From Tepidisphaera sp. (GTDB lineage Bacteria > Planctomycetota > Phycisphaerae > Phycisphaerales > UBA1924): DNA of 64,000 nucleotides. A model generated the notes under the pieces. The model worked only from the letters and a program-made list of their open reading frames with translations, was not told the origin of the DNA and did no database searches. This document shows, piece after piece, positions 9,395-21,236 of this stretch (the first letter of the stretch is position 1; every line of letters begins with the position of its first letter). The position numbers and the translations under genes are program-made. The stretch is taken from the NCBI GenBank assembly GCA_050916045.1, contig CP051526.1, forward strand, positions 2,048,001 through 2,112,000, in the 5' to 3' direction.

Positions 9395-10243
9395 ATGAAG
9401 AACTCGCACGGACATCGGCCGATCGGCGCCGGATTTACGCTTATTGAACTTCTGGTGGTGATCGCGATCATCGGTGCGCTCATCGCGTTGACGCTTCTGA
9501 TCGGCGGCGCGGTGGTTTCGGGGGCGAAGTCACGCCAGAGCGCGGACACGATCAAGGTTTTGGACAACGTGCTGACGGAGCACCGTGCGACGACGGAAGC
9601 TCCGGTGCCGTGGTACGTGAAGGCTCCGGCGGCGAACAACGGCGCGGGCTGGATCGTTCCGCTGGTGGACGGCGTGTGGCAGCCGGACACATTTTCGAAC
9701 GGGGTGCAGACGAAGTCTCAGATTCCGGCGCTGGCGTGGTTCTTGAAGGATGTGACGGAGTACACGCCGGTCGCTTCGGCGGAGGCTTTGGTGAATTCGA
9801 TTGATGCCAAGCTTCGGCTGATCAACGTGGAGCAGTCGGGGAACAACACGGTCGCGATCGACCGGATGCCGGGCAAGCGGATCGACGTGGTGGATGCGTG
9901 GGGCAATCCCATCCGCATGGTGCACCCGAAGTTCGCGGGCGTGATTCCGCCGAACAACGCGGTGGGGAACGACGGCGGCGGGATGCAGACGATCGCGAAC
10001 TACGTGATTCCTCCGTCGGGCGGGGGCGTGTTCCTCGAGCCGCAGTTCCGGCGGAACTACATCCCGGATGCGGAACGGGCGCGGCGGAAGGATGCCGGCG
10101 AGGCGTACATGCGCGGCGACAGCGACGGCGGGTCGTGCAACGGCGACACCCCCTACTTCTACTCGGCGGGCCCGGACGGAGACCCTTCGACGCGTGAAGA
10201 CAACGTGTACTCGGTCCGGCCGAAGTTCGCGGACCGGAACTGA
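9395..10243 (+). CDS. Prepilin-type N-terminal cleavage/methylation protein (pseudopilin-like)
   Basis: G|FTLIELLVVIAII motif, DAWGNP and YSAGPDG motifs as in GspG-like proteins. SD gggagg. Confidence 0.88.
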   Translation: MKNSHGHRPIGAGFTLIELLVVIAIIGALIALTLLIGGAVVSGAKSRQSADTIKVLDNVLTEHRATTEAPVPWYVKAPAANNGAGWIVPLVDGVWQPDTFSNGVQTKSQIPALAWFLKDVTEYTPVASAEALVNSIDAKLRLINVEQSGNNTVAIDRMPGKRIDVVDAWGNPIRMVHPKFAGVIPPNNAVGNDGGGMQTIANYVIPPSGGGVFLEPQFRRNYIPDAERARRKDAGEAYMRGDSDGGSCNGDTPYFYSAGPDGDPSTREDNVYSVRPKFADRN

Positions 10244-10369
10244 GCGGGGGCGGGCGATTCAGACGAGATGATCGAACGAACGGTCCTGGCTCACGCCGGG
10301 ACCGTTTTCGTTCCTGCACGGGCTCGCTTTGAGGGTCGCGGCTGGAGTCGGAGTTCTTCGCGGCCGCTG

Positions 10370-10412
10370 ATAGTGTGAAATGGTTGAAATTCACACTATT
10401 CAGTGGTACCCT
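10370..10412 (+). promoter_or_regulatory. Sigma70-type promoter overlapped by a palindromic operator
   Basis: TTGAAA (10384-10389)-N17-TACCCT (10407-10412). A perfect inverted repeat ATAGTGTGAA-N10-TTCACACTAT (10370-10399) brackets the -35. Confidence 0.7.
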
Positions 10413-10418
10413 TCCCTT

Positions 10419-11084
10419 GTGCCATCCCGCCCCGCCATCCATGTCATCTCCCGGCCGGCCGACTGGTCGGTGATGACCGCTCCGGTTCGCTTTGAGCTTC
10501 TGGAAGCGATGCGGAGCATCGCACCGTGCTCGGTTCGGGAGCTTGCGGCGGCGACGGACCGGCCCGCGGACTCGATCTACCCGCACTTCCGGCAATTGCT
10601 GAAGATCGGCGTGGTGGTTGATGCGGGAGAGAGACGGGGCAAGACGCGTCCGGAGCGTGTGTACGACCTGGTGGCCGACGACTTTCGGCCGATCTTCCGC
10701 GGGGCGAGGCCGGCCGCGACGGCGCGTGCGGTCGATCGGTCGATCCAGACGATGGCGGGGATCGTTGCGAACGCTTCCAAGAGGACGGCGGCGGCTGGTC
10801 GGTACGTCTATACCGAGACGGACCAGAACGTCGTGGGCAAGGTCGAGAACTCGTGGCTTACGCACGATGAGTTCCTTGAGCTTCGCGAGAAGTTTCGGGA
10901 GATCAAGAGGTATCTCGATGCCCGCAAGGCTCGCCGCGGCGACGGTTCACTGCATGTTGCCGCCTTTTTCGTCATTCCCGTAACCCGTCGCCGGGGGGCC
11001 CGAGTGGCCGCGCCCGCCCGTCGGACCGATCGTGCCCGTCCCGTTCCAGGAAAGCCTTCATCCAGTCGCGAGAAAGCTCCATGA
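10419..11084 (+). CDS. ArsR-like winged-helix transcriptional regulator
   Basis: PVRFELLEAM...SVRELAAAT.RP..SIYPHFRQLLKIGVV...ERVY. GTG 10419 chosen because it lies 6 nt after the -10 box. Confidence 0.75.
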   Translation: MPSRPAIHVISRPADWSVMTAPVRFELLEAMRSIAPCSVRELAAATDRPADSIYPHFRQLLKIGVVVDAGERRGKTRPERVYDLVADDFRPIFRGARPAATARAVDRSIQTMAGIVANASKRTAAAGRYVYTETDQNVVGKVENSWLTHDEFLELREKFREIKRYLDARKARRGDGSLHVAAFFVIPVTRRRGARVAAPARRTDRARPVPGKPSSSREKAP

Positions 11085-13531
11085 GAAACACGCTTGTCGC
11101 ATCGCTCGTCGTTCTGGCCTGTCTTCCGGCGATGGCGCAGCCTGCGCCCGCCGCGGCAGGCACGCCGGAGACTACGTTGTCCGGTCCGCTTTCGCGCCGT
11201 GCCGGCCCGCTCGGCATTCGGTTTGATCAGGCGGCGCCCGAGCTTCGCGTGGTCGAGGCGGTCGCGGGGAGCGTCGCCGCGACGGGGGGCGTTCGCCCGG
11301 GGGACATCGTGCTCAGCGTCGGCGGCTCGCGGGTGTCGACGCGTGAAGAACTGGCTTCGGCGATGCGGACCCGCCGCGGCGGCGAGGTGGTCGGGGTGAC
11401 CGTTCGTCGTGACGACGCCGAGGTTGAGCTCAGCCTGAGCCTGACCCAAGCCAGCGAGCGAATCGAGGGCAGCACGGTCGAGTACGGAAGCGTCGCGGTT
11501 CCCGCGGGTTACCGCCTCCGCACGATCGTCACGCGTCCGGAGAAATCGCCTCTCGCGCGGGATGGTCGTCACCCGGCGTTTCTGTATGTGCAGGGCATCA
11601 TCTGCCAGTCGATCGATCGGCCGAACATCCCCGAAGCGGCGGACACGCGGATCGTGCACGAGTTCGCAAAGGCGGGGTTTGTGACGTTGCGCGTCGACAA
11701 GCCGGGCTTGGGCGACAGCGAGGGGCCGCCCTGCAGCGAGATCGACTTCCAGACGGAGCTTCAGGGCTTCTCGGCGGCGCTGCGGCAGTTGGCGGCGATG
11801 CCCGAGGTTGATCCCGAGCGGATCTACGTGTTCGGGCACTCGATGGGCGGCGTGATCGCGCCGTACCTCTCGGCCGAGGTGCCGGTGCGCGGCACGGTGG
11901 TGTACGGCACGCTGGTTCGGACGTGGTTCGAGTACCAGCTTGAGAACGTGCGTCGCCAGGCCGCGCTGTCGCCGGGCGTGAGCGAGGCCGACGTGACCGA
12001 CGCGGTGCTTGCGGAGACTCGGCAGAGTTCGACGGTGCTGGTCGACAAGAAGACGCTCGGCGATGCGTGGAACCGCTGGCCGGAGCTGCGTCAGCCGGCG
12101 CAGGGGACCATGCTCGACGAGAACCACATCGCGACGCGAGGGATGGCGTTCTTTCACCAGCTCCAGGATCTGAACTTGGCGCGGGCGTGGCAGAACTCGA
12201 CGGGTGCCGTCCTCGCAATCTACGGCGAGTACGACTGGGTCACGTCGCTTCACGACCACGAGAAGATCGCGAGCATCGTGAATGCGAGGACGCCCGGCGC
12301 GGGGACGTCGATCGTGATGCCCAAAGCTGACCACGGGTTCACCACGCACGAGACTCTGGAGGCCAGCGTGCCGCGCATGGGGCAGGGGACGTGGGACGCG
12401 GACCTGCCCGTTCGCGTGCTCGAGTGGGTAGCCCGCGTCGAAGGGCGTGCCGAAGCCGCACCGGCTCCGGGGGCCGCAGAGCCCAAGCCGGCGGCGGCAC
12501 GCGCGAGCACCCCGGCTTGGACCCGGCTGAACACCGAGTCCTACCCGGGCAAGCAGGACGACATCACGTTCGTGAACGATCGCTTGGGGTGGTACGGAAA
12601 TGGCTCGGGCAAGGTGTTCAAGACGGCTGACGGCGGCGACACCTGGGCCAAGGTCTGGGAGAAGCCGGGCACTTTCGTTCGGTGCCTCACTTTCCTTGAC
12701 GAGAACGTCGGCGTGCTTGGAAACATCGGGCCGGGATACTTCCCCGGCGTCACCGACCCGGCGCCGATCTACCGCACCGAAGACGGCGGCACGACCTGGA
12801 CCGCGGTCTCGAACATCGAGGGCCCGCCGGTCGTCGGGCTGTGCGCTGTGGAGGTTGTGTCGGTTCCGTTCGTGAACGCGGGGAACCTCGACCGCCGCTC
12901 CCGGATCGTCGGCGTGGGGCGCGTGGGCGGGCCTGCCGCGTACATCTGGTCCGACGACCTGGGCAAGACCTGGAAGCAGGGCAAGCTGCCGGAGATCGCC
13001 GCGATGGCGTTCGACGTGCACTTTCTGGACGAGCGTCGCGGCTTCATCGCTTCGGCCACGAGCGCGGATGTTGCGGTCGCCAACGCGCTCATTCTCTCGA
13101 CGGATGACGCGGGCGCGACGTGGAAGGAGGTGTACCGCTCCTCGCGGCCGTACGAGCTGACGTGGAAGTTGTCGTTCCCCACGAGCACGGTCGGCTACTG
13201 CACAATTCAGTCATACAACCCCGACACCTCGGCTTCTCGGCGGTATGTGGCGAAGACGACCGACGGTGGCCAGAGTTGGGCCGAGATCCCTTTGGTCGAC
13301 GATCACCGGGTTCGGCAGTTCGGCGTCGCGTTTCTGGACGAGAAGGTCGGGTGGGTGGGAGCGATGCCGTATGGGTTTGCGACGACCGATGGCGGCGCGA
13401 CGTGGACGCGGGCCGAGTTCGGCAACGCCGTCAACAAGATCCGGGTTGTCCGCTCTGAGTCGGGCGTGACCGTCTTTGCGATCGGGACGCAGGTTCACCG
13501 GCTTGGTTTGCCGGGTGTTCCGGGTCGCTGA
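11081..13531 (+). CDS. Secreted PDZ + alpha/beta-hydrolase + BNR/YCF48-like beta-propeller fusion protein
   Basis: Signal peptide. PDZ motifs LGIRF and GVRPGDIVLSVGG. Hydrolase GHSMGG, GEYD and ADH triad candidates. Repeated Asp boxes TADGGDTW, TEDGGTTW, SDDLGKTW, TDDAGATW, TTDGGQSW, TTDGGATW. Confidence 0.85.
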   Translation: MRNTLVASLVVLACLPAMAQPAPAAAGTPETTLSGPLSRRAGPLGIRFDQAAPELRVVEAVAGSVAATGGVRPGDIVLSVGGSRVSTREELASAMRTRRGGEVVGVTVRRDDAEVELSLSLTQASERIEGSTVEYGSVAVPAGYRLRTIVTRPEKSPLARDGRHPAFLYVQGIICQSIDRPNIPEAADTRIVHEFAKAGFVTLRVDKPGLGDSEGPPCSEIDFQTELQGFSAALRQLAAMPEVDPERIYVFGHSMGGVIAPYLSAEVPVRGTVVYGTLVRTWFEYQLENVRRQAALSPGVSEADVTDAVLAETRQSSTVLVDKKTLGDAWNRWPELRQPAQGTMLDENHIATRGMAFFHQLQDLNLARAWQNSTGAVLAIYGEYDWVTSLHDHEKIASIVNARTPGAGTSIVMPKADHGFTTHETLEASVPRMGQGTWDADLPVRVLEWVARVEGRAEAAPAPGAAEPKPAAARASTPAWTRLNTESYPGKQDDITFVNDRLGWYGNGSGKVFKTADGGDTWAKVWEKPGTFVRCLTFLDENVGVLGNIGPGYFPGVTDPAPIYRTEDGGTTWTAVSNIEGPPVVGLCAVEVVSVPFVNAGNLDRRSRIVGVGRVGGPAAYIWSDDLGKTWKQGKLPEIAAMAFDVHFLDERRGFIASATSADVAVANALILSTDDAGATWKEVYRSSRPYELTWKLSFPTSTVGYCTIQSYNPDTSASRRYVAKTTDGGQSWAEIPLVDDHRVRQFGVAFLDEKVGWVGAMPYGFATTDGGATWTRAEFGNAVNKIRVVRSESGVTVFAIGTQVHRLGLPGVPGR

Positions 13532-13644
13532 ACCCGAAGGATGGGGGTTGGCGGCATTGGAATCAAGGGGATCGGCGCGCCGGGAGGGTTGGCGGGCAAA
13601 GGGTTGGCCGGGAAGGGTGATGGTGCCTATAGTCGGACTGACCT

Positions 13645-13718
13645 CGGGGTGTAGCGCAGCTTGGTAGCGCGTCTCGTTCGGGACGAGAAGGTCGCAGGTT
13701 CAAATCCTGTCACCCCGA
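13645..13718 (+). tRNA. tRNA-Pro (anticodon CGG), CCA not encoded
   Basis: CGGGGTG/CACCCCG acceptor stem, D arm GCGCAGCTTGGTAGCGC, anticodon arm TCTCG-TTCGGGA-CGAGA and T loop GGTTCAAATCC. TATAGT -10 box at 13628. Confidence 0.96.
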
Positions 13719-13846
13719 TTGATGTGAGCGAATGAGCGACCTGTGGTCGCTCTTTTCGTTGGCAGCCGCGGGTATCTCACGTGAGCGTCCACTGACGCTT
13801 TTTCTGCGTCGTTCGTCGCCGCGAATCAGGCCACCGCTGTCGCGGC

Positions 13847-14368
13847 TTACACGCGATCTGGCCGAAGCACCAGGTACGCCCACAGGAAGACGGGCGCGAA
13901 CAGAATCGATGCGGCCGGCCAGAGCACCACCGACGGCACGGGTGTCCACAGCTCGATCGACGCCATGGCGCACCAGTACACAAGGCAGACGGGGATCACG
14001 ACCCATCGCGGCGTCGCATCGGCCACGCGCTGGGTGACTTCTCGCACCGGGCCGCTTCGCTCCTTGATCTGGAGTGCCAATTTCCGAGCCCACACGAACT
14101 CGCTCGCCAGAATGGCGAGCCCCAGCGGTCCGAGAAAGCTGAGCCCTGGCCCGGGCAGGGGCGAGATCAGGATCCCGAGCAGGATGACGGATGTGCCCGC
14201 GATCAGCACCCAGAGACGGCGAGCGTTGCGACGCAGCAGCGCGACGACGTCCGCTCCCTTGCGGCGCTGCATCTCGAATCGCGTGTCGAAGATTCCATAG
14301 ATGAGGAGGCAAGCGGCTGCCGCGAGCAGGGTGAGTTCCAGCCAGAAATCGATGAGCGCGAGCGGCAT
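13847..14368 (-). CDS. PGPGW-family membrane protein
   Basis: LPGPG....PLGLAILASEFVWAR motif and several TM segments. Confidence 0.8.
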   Translation of the reverse strand: MPLALIDFWLELTLLAAAACLLIYGIFDTRFEMQRRKGADVVALLRRNARRLWVLIAGTSVILLGILISPLPGPGLSFLGPLGLAILASEFVWARKLALQIKERSGPVREVTQRVADATPRWVVIPVCLVYWCAMASIELWTPVPSVVLWPAASILFAPVFLWAYLVLRPDRV

Positions 14369-14506
14369 GGTCGAGGCGAAGGGTACCCCGACATTCGGAC
14401 GGTGCGTCGAGACTCCGGTTTTCGTGAATTCCGGGCGGCGGTTGCGGTCAGCGGCCGGAGGACGAGACGGCTCTCGCCGCGAGATGAGACCCGCGGCACG
14501 CGACCA

Positions 14507-14824
14507 TCAGCGCGACCCGTTGGCTTTGGTGCGTTCGAGCAACCGTGCGAGCGATTTCTTGAGGGTCGCGGCGGCGGCGTCGATGGCCGCGTAGTAGTCC
14601 GCGGCTTGCTCTTCCACACGCAGCGTGCCCAGCCCGGGCGGAGTCAGCACGATCGAGCACGTCTTGTCGATCCCGCCCTTGGGCCCGTTGGCGTCCGCGA
14701 GGCGGACTTCGATGGTGCCAGTGGCGTCCTTCAGCCTTCCGGCGGCCGCCCCGACCTTGGTCCGAACATAGTCGTGCTGGGCCTGGCTGGTCTTGATGCT
14801 TCCGTCGAAGAGCCTGATCTCCAT
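14507..14824 (-). CDS. HPF/RaiA (S30AE)-family ribosome-associated protein
   Basis: 105 aa. VRLADANGPKGGIDKTC and DYYAAIDAAAATLKKSL match the short HPF-like subfamily. Confidence 0.8.
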   Translation of the reverse strand: MEIRLFDGSIKTSQAQHDYVRTKVGAAAGRLKDATGTIEVRLADANGPKGGIDKTCSIVLTPPGLGTLRVEEQAADYYAAIDAAAATLKKSLARLLERTKANGSR

Positions 14825-14913
14825 GAGAAGTCTCTCTTTGGCGTTTGCGATGCCCTAGGTACGTCCGGTGGCCCCCTTTGTTCTCTCAAGGCGGGCAATC
14901 CGACCGGAGGTGC

Positions 14914-14942
14914 GTGCCCGGCGGAGGCGAGGCTGCTACTAT
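14914..14942 (+). promoter_or_regulatory. Putative extended -10 promoter for the riboswitch-terC transcript
   Basis: GTGCCC-N17-TACTAT with TGn immediately before the -10, about 15 nt upstream of the aptamer. Confidence 0.55.
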
Positions 14943-14956
14943 CGGCCCGTACTTCC

Positions 14957-15097
14957 TGTTGGGGAGTAGCCGCCCGCCGATGCGGGAGAGATGGGTCGTC
15001 AGCACGGGAGGAACGGTCTGCGTTCCGCCCCGGCCCTTCTCTGGCGTTGGTCCTCGTGGCTTCTGAGCGAGGACCGGTGCTTTGGGCGAGACCAACA
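14957..15097 (+). ncRNA. yybP-ykoY manganese riboswitch
   Basis: TGTTGG-GGAGTAGCC ... CGTCAGCAC ... GGCGAGA-CCAACA. Closing P1 helix and both conserved loops are present, upstream of a TerC/Alx gene (the typical context). Confidence 0.88.
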
Positions 15098-15166
15098 TTC
15101 TGCCGCGATGTCGCGCCGTGCGCCTGCCTTCCTTGAGCAGGTTCCGGCTCAGGATGTGATTTCCCC

Positions 15167-16357
15167 ATGAACGAACTTCTGCTTCTCGCTACCACAGTGA
15201 CCTCGAATCCCGCCGACCTCAAGATTTGGGCGTACGTCGCGTTCGTGGGCCTGGTGATCGTGTTCCTGGCGCTGGATCTCGGCGTGTTTCACCGGGAAGC
15301 CCACGAAGTCGCGATGAAGGAGGCGGTGACGTGGTCCATCATCTGGCTGACCTGCGGGCTCGCGTTCAGCGGGTTCGTGTACATGGCCTATGAGAACCAC
15401 TGGCTGGGGCTGGGGCTCGAGACAGCCAAGTACAGCACGTCGGAGGCGATCAAGGCGGGTGCGCCGCTCATCGTGTCCGGAGAGGTGCAGGGGATGGAAG
15501 CGGCCAAACAGTACCTGGTGGGATATGTGGTCGAGAAGTCGCTTGCGATGGACAACATCTTTGTCATCGCGCTGATCTTCTCGTTCTTTGCGGTACCGGC
15601 AAAGTACCAGCACCGCGTGCTTTTCTGGGGCATCATCGGCGCGCTGGTGATGCGTGGCGGGATGATCTTCCTGGGCGCCGGCCTGATCATGAAGTACCAG
15701 TGGATCCTGATCGTGTTCGGCGGGTTCCTGATTCTGACGGCGCTGAAGATGGCCCTGCTCAAGGGGAATGACGACGTCTCACAGAACATCGCGGTGCGCA
15801 TGTGCAAGAAGTTCTTCAGGGTGACCGAGTTCTACGACGGACAGAAGTTCTTCACCAAGAGGACGCTCAAGCCGACGTACAGCAAGGATGCCAGCGGGAA
15901 GGAAGTGATGGATCCGGCACCGGCGGGCTCGCTGAGCGCCAAGTGGGCCATCACGCCTCTGTTCCTGGCGTTGATTCTGGTCGAGATCACGGACCTGGTG
16001 TTCGCGGTGGACTCGATCCCGGCGATCTTCGCGATCACGCCGGATCCCTTCATCGTGTTCACGAGCAACATCTTCGCGATCCTCGGGCTGCGGGCGCTGT
16101 ACTTCTGCCTGGCCGCCCTCATCCAGAAGTTCCGGTTCCTCAAGCCGGCTCTGATCCTGATCCTGGCGTTCGTGGGCGTCAAGCTGCTGCTGCTCAGCGT
16201 TCCGCCCTATCTGGATGTAATCGGGATGACCAAGGCCGATCCGATCAAGATCGACACGACGGTGTCGCTGCTGGTCGTCGTCGGCACGCTGGCCCTGGCA
16301 ACCGTGCTCAGCATCGCGATCCCGCCCAAGGGTCAGACGCCGGAGAAGCGGGCCTGA
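15167..16357 (+). CDS. terC: TerC/Alx family membrane protein (Mn homeostasis)
   Basis: EKSLAMDNIFV, QHRVLFWGI.GALVMR, E.TDLVFAVDSIPAIFAIT.DPFIVFTSNIFAILGLRALYF. Confidence 0.93.
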   Translation: MNELLLLATTVTSNPADLKIWAYVAFVGLVIVFLALDLGVFHREAHEVAMKEAVTWSIIWLTCGLAFSGFVYMAYENHWLGLGLETAKYSTSEAIKAGAPLIVSGEVQGMEAAKQYLVGYVVEKSLAMDNIFVIALIFSFFAVPAKYQHRVLFWGIIGALVMRGGMIFLGAGLIMKYQWILIVFGGFLILTALKMALLKGNDDVSQNIAVRMCKKFFRVTEFYDGQKFFTKRTLKPTYSKDASGKEVMDPAPAGSLSAKWAITPLFLALILVEITDLVFAVDSIPAIFAITPDPFIVFTSNIFAILGLRALYFCLAALIQKFRFLKPALILILAFVGVKLLLLSVPPYLDVIGMTKADPIKIDTTVSLLVVVGTLALATVLSIAIPPKGQTPEKRA

Positions 16358-16398
16358 GGGTTTGATTGGTACGAGATCACGCCGATCGAGAAGATCTC

Positions 16399-17238
16399 AT
16401 GAACATCCGCAAGCTGGTCGAATCCGCGCCTTTCAACCGGTTCGTCGTTGCCGTCATCCTGATCAACGCGATGCTCATCGGCCTGAGCACGTACTTGACG
16501 GATGCGACGGCGCTTCGGGCGATCGCGGCGATCGAGACTGTGTGTGTCGGCATCTATGTCGTGGAGATCGTGCTGCGGTTTATCGCTCGCGACTCGACGA
16601 AGGCGTTCTTCCGCGACGGCTGGAACATCTTTGATCTCGTGATCGTCATCGCGGCGCTCATTCCGGCGTCCAACGGCATCGGACCCGTGCTTCGCATCCT
16701 CAGGGTGTTCCGCGTGCTTCGGCTGATCAAGACCATCCCGGAGCTGCGGCTGATCGTCACGGTGCTGCTCCGCTCGGTGGCGAGCATGAAGTACGTCTCG
16801 CTGCTAGCGGCGATCCTCTTCTACGTCTATGCGGTCATCGGCGTGAAGCTGTTCGGGAGCGAAGGCCACCCAGCGCAGCCCTACTTCGCCAGCATCCACG
16901 AAGCGTGCTTCACGCTCTTCCGCATCCTCACCGGCGATGACTGGACGCAAATGCGGTATGAGGTTGCCCAGGCGGGTCATCCGCTGGCGGCGTTCACGGC
17001 CTATCAGGTGTCGTGGATCGTGGTCGCGACGTTCCTGCTCGTGAACCTGATCGTTGGTGCCGTCATCAACAACTACCAGAAGGTGCAGGACATCGAAGAC
17101 CACCGTGCGCTCGCGCCGGATACGAGCGAGCGGCGGTTGCGCGAACTCGTTCGGGAGCTCGATGCGATCCTGATCGCCCGTGCGCAAGAAGTGTCCGGGA
17201 ACGTCAATCGGTCGTCGACGGGAGCCAGCGGCGTCTAG
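16399..17238 (+). CDS. 6-TM voltage-gated-type cation channel (BacNav/Cav-like Ion_trans)
   Basis: S3 WNIFD, S4 LRILRVFRVLRLIK, pore FTLFRILTGDDW, S6 LVNLIVGAVINNY and a C-terminal helical tail. Confidence 0.92.
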   Translation: MNIRKLVESAPFNRFVVAVILINAMLIGLSTYLTDATALRAIAAIETVCVGIYVVEIVLRFIARDSTKAFFRDGWNIFDLVIVIAALIPASNGIGPVLRILRVFRVLRLIKTIPELRLIVTVLLRSVASMKYVSLLAAILFYVYAVIGVKLFGSEGHPAQPYFASIHEACFTLFRILTGDDWTQMRYEVAQAGHPLAAFTAYQVSWIVVATFLLVNLIVGAVINNYQKVQDIEDHRALAPDTSERRLRELVRELDAILIARAQEVSGNVNRSSTGASGV

Positions 17239-17347
17239 GACGTACGGAAGTCAGCGATGGCGCGTCAGTCTCCATGAGCTGCGTGACGCTCGGCGAACGG
17301 CTTGTTGCTGGCCGGTGGACACTGACGCCCGCCAGAGGGACTCCCCG

Positions 17348-20128
<2,781 letters not shown>

Positions 20129-20426
20129 GAGCGGGCAGTGTACGGAACGGCGGGTCGTGGTGCCCCCTGGGCCGATCCGAAAGCCGGCAATCACAAGCGG
20201 CGAGATTTCGGACCCTAACGCCCTCCAAGGACGTTCGCGTGGGTTCGCTGTCGTGTCGACGGGGAGCTCTTGGTGGCCCCGGCGGATCCCCCAGAGACAT
20301 CGGGGTTTGATGACGGCCAGTCCACCCGTCAGAATCGCGGTCAGCGATGGTGCGCGACGAGGGCGATGTGCGACATGGCAAGTGGGCGACGCTCGACCGC
20401 TGGCCAGGCCCCCACTCCTCACACGT

Positions 20427-21236
20427 TCATGCGTCCCCGAAAACCCGCCGCCGCAGCAGCCGCATGTCGAGCGGGATGAGAGCGATCAGCAGCAGCAGGC
20501 AGAGGCCCGCGGAAGCGGCGAGGTGCCACGTGGGTTTGCCTTCCAGGAGGAGCCAGCGGAGGCCTTCGGCGAGATGGTGGAGCGGGTTGAGCAGGGCGAC
20601 TTCGCGAAGGCCGGCGACATCGGGGAGGGGGAAGTAGGTGCTTGAAGCGAAGGCGATGGGCATAATGACGAGGAAGAAGGGCAAGCTCATGTGGTCGATG
20701 CTGGGGAGGATCGACGTGAAGAAGAGCCCCACCGCCGAGAAGGCGAGAGCGGTCAAGAACAGAATGGGAATGGTGGCGGGGAGCCAGGCCCAGTGCAGCG
20801 AGAGCTGGCCCGCGAGGCCGAAGGCGGCGAGGACGATGCAGACGACGGCCGCGTAGGACGTTGCGAGCGTGGCGGCCCAGAACGCTTCGCCCCACACGAC
20901 GTGCTCGAGGCGGACCTGCGTGGTGAGCTGTCCTTCCCAGGATTTCTGGAATCGCATGCGGATGAAAGCGGCGAAGAGGGACTGAAAGAACGCGGACATG
21001 AACGCGGTGTACGCGAGGATGCCGGGGGCGAGGTAGTGCATGTAGTTGAGGTCGCGCTCGTGCCAGCGGAGCGTGCCCATCTGGCTTCCGAGACCCAGGC
21101 CGAAGGTGAGCAGCATGATGAGCGGCTCGCAGACGGGGGGGAGGGTGACGGTGTGCCAGTTGCGGAGGTGGACGCGGACGTGGCGGGAGAGAACGGCCCG
21201 GCTTTGCCATTGAAAGGCGGCGGCGAGAACGGTCAT
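20427..21236 (-). CDS. ABC-2 type permease (NodJ-like)
   Basis: Y..YLAPG, IRMRFQKSWEG and NPL.HL motifs, about 6 TMs. Overlaps the ATPase stop by 4 nt. Confidence 0.85.
   Translation of the reverse strand: MTVLAAAFQWQSRAVLSRHVRVHLRNWHTVTLPPVCEPLIMLLTFGLGLGSQMGTLRWHERDLNYMHYLAPGILAYTAFMSAFFQSLFAAFIRMRFQKSWEGQLTTQVRLEHVVWGEAFWAATLATSYAAVVCIVLAAFGLAGQLSLHWAWLPATIPILFLTALAFSAVGLFFTSILPSIDHMSLPFFLVIMPIAFASSTYFPLPDVAGLREVALLNPLHHLAEGLRWLLLEGKPTWHLAASAGLCLLLLIALIPLDMRLLRRRVFGDA

Noticed and set aside
13645..13760. tRNA-Pro as a genomic-island integration site
   Set aside because: No integrase nearby and no duplicated tRNA 3' end noticed elsewhere in the window.
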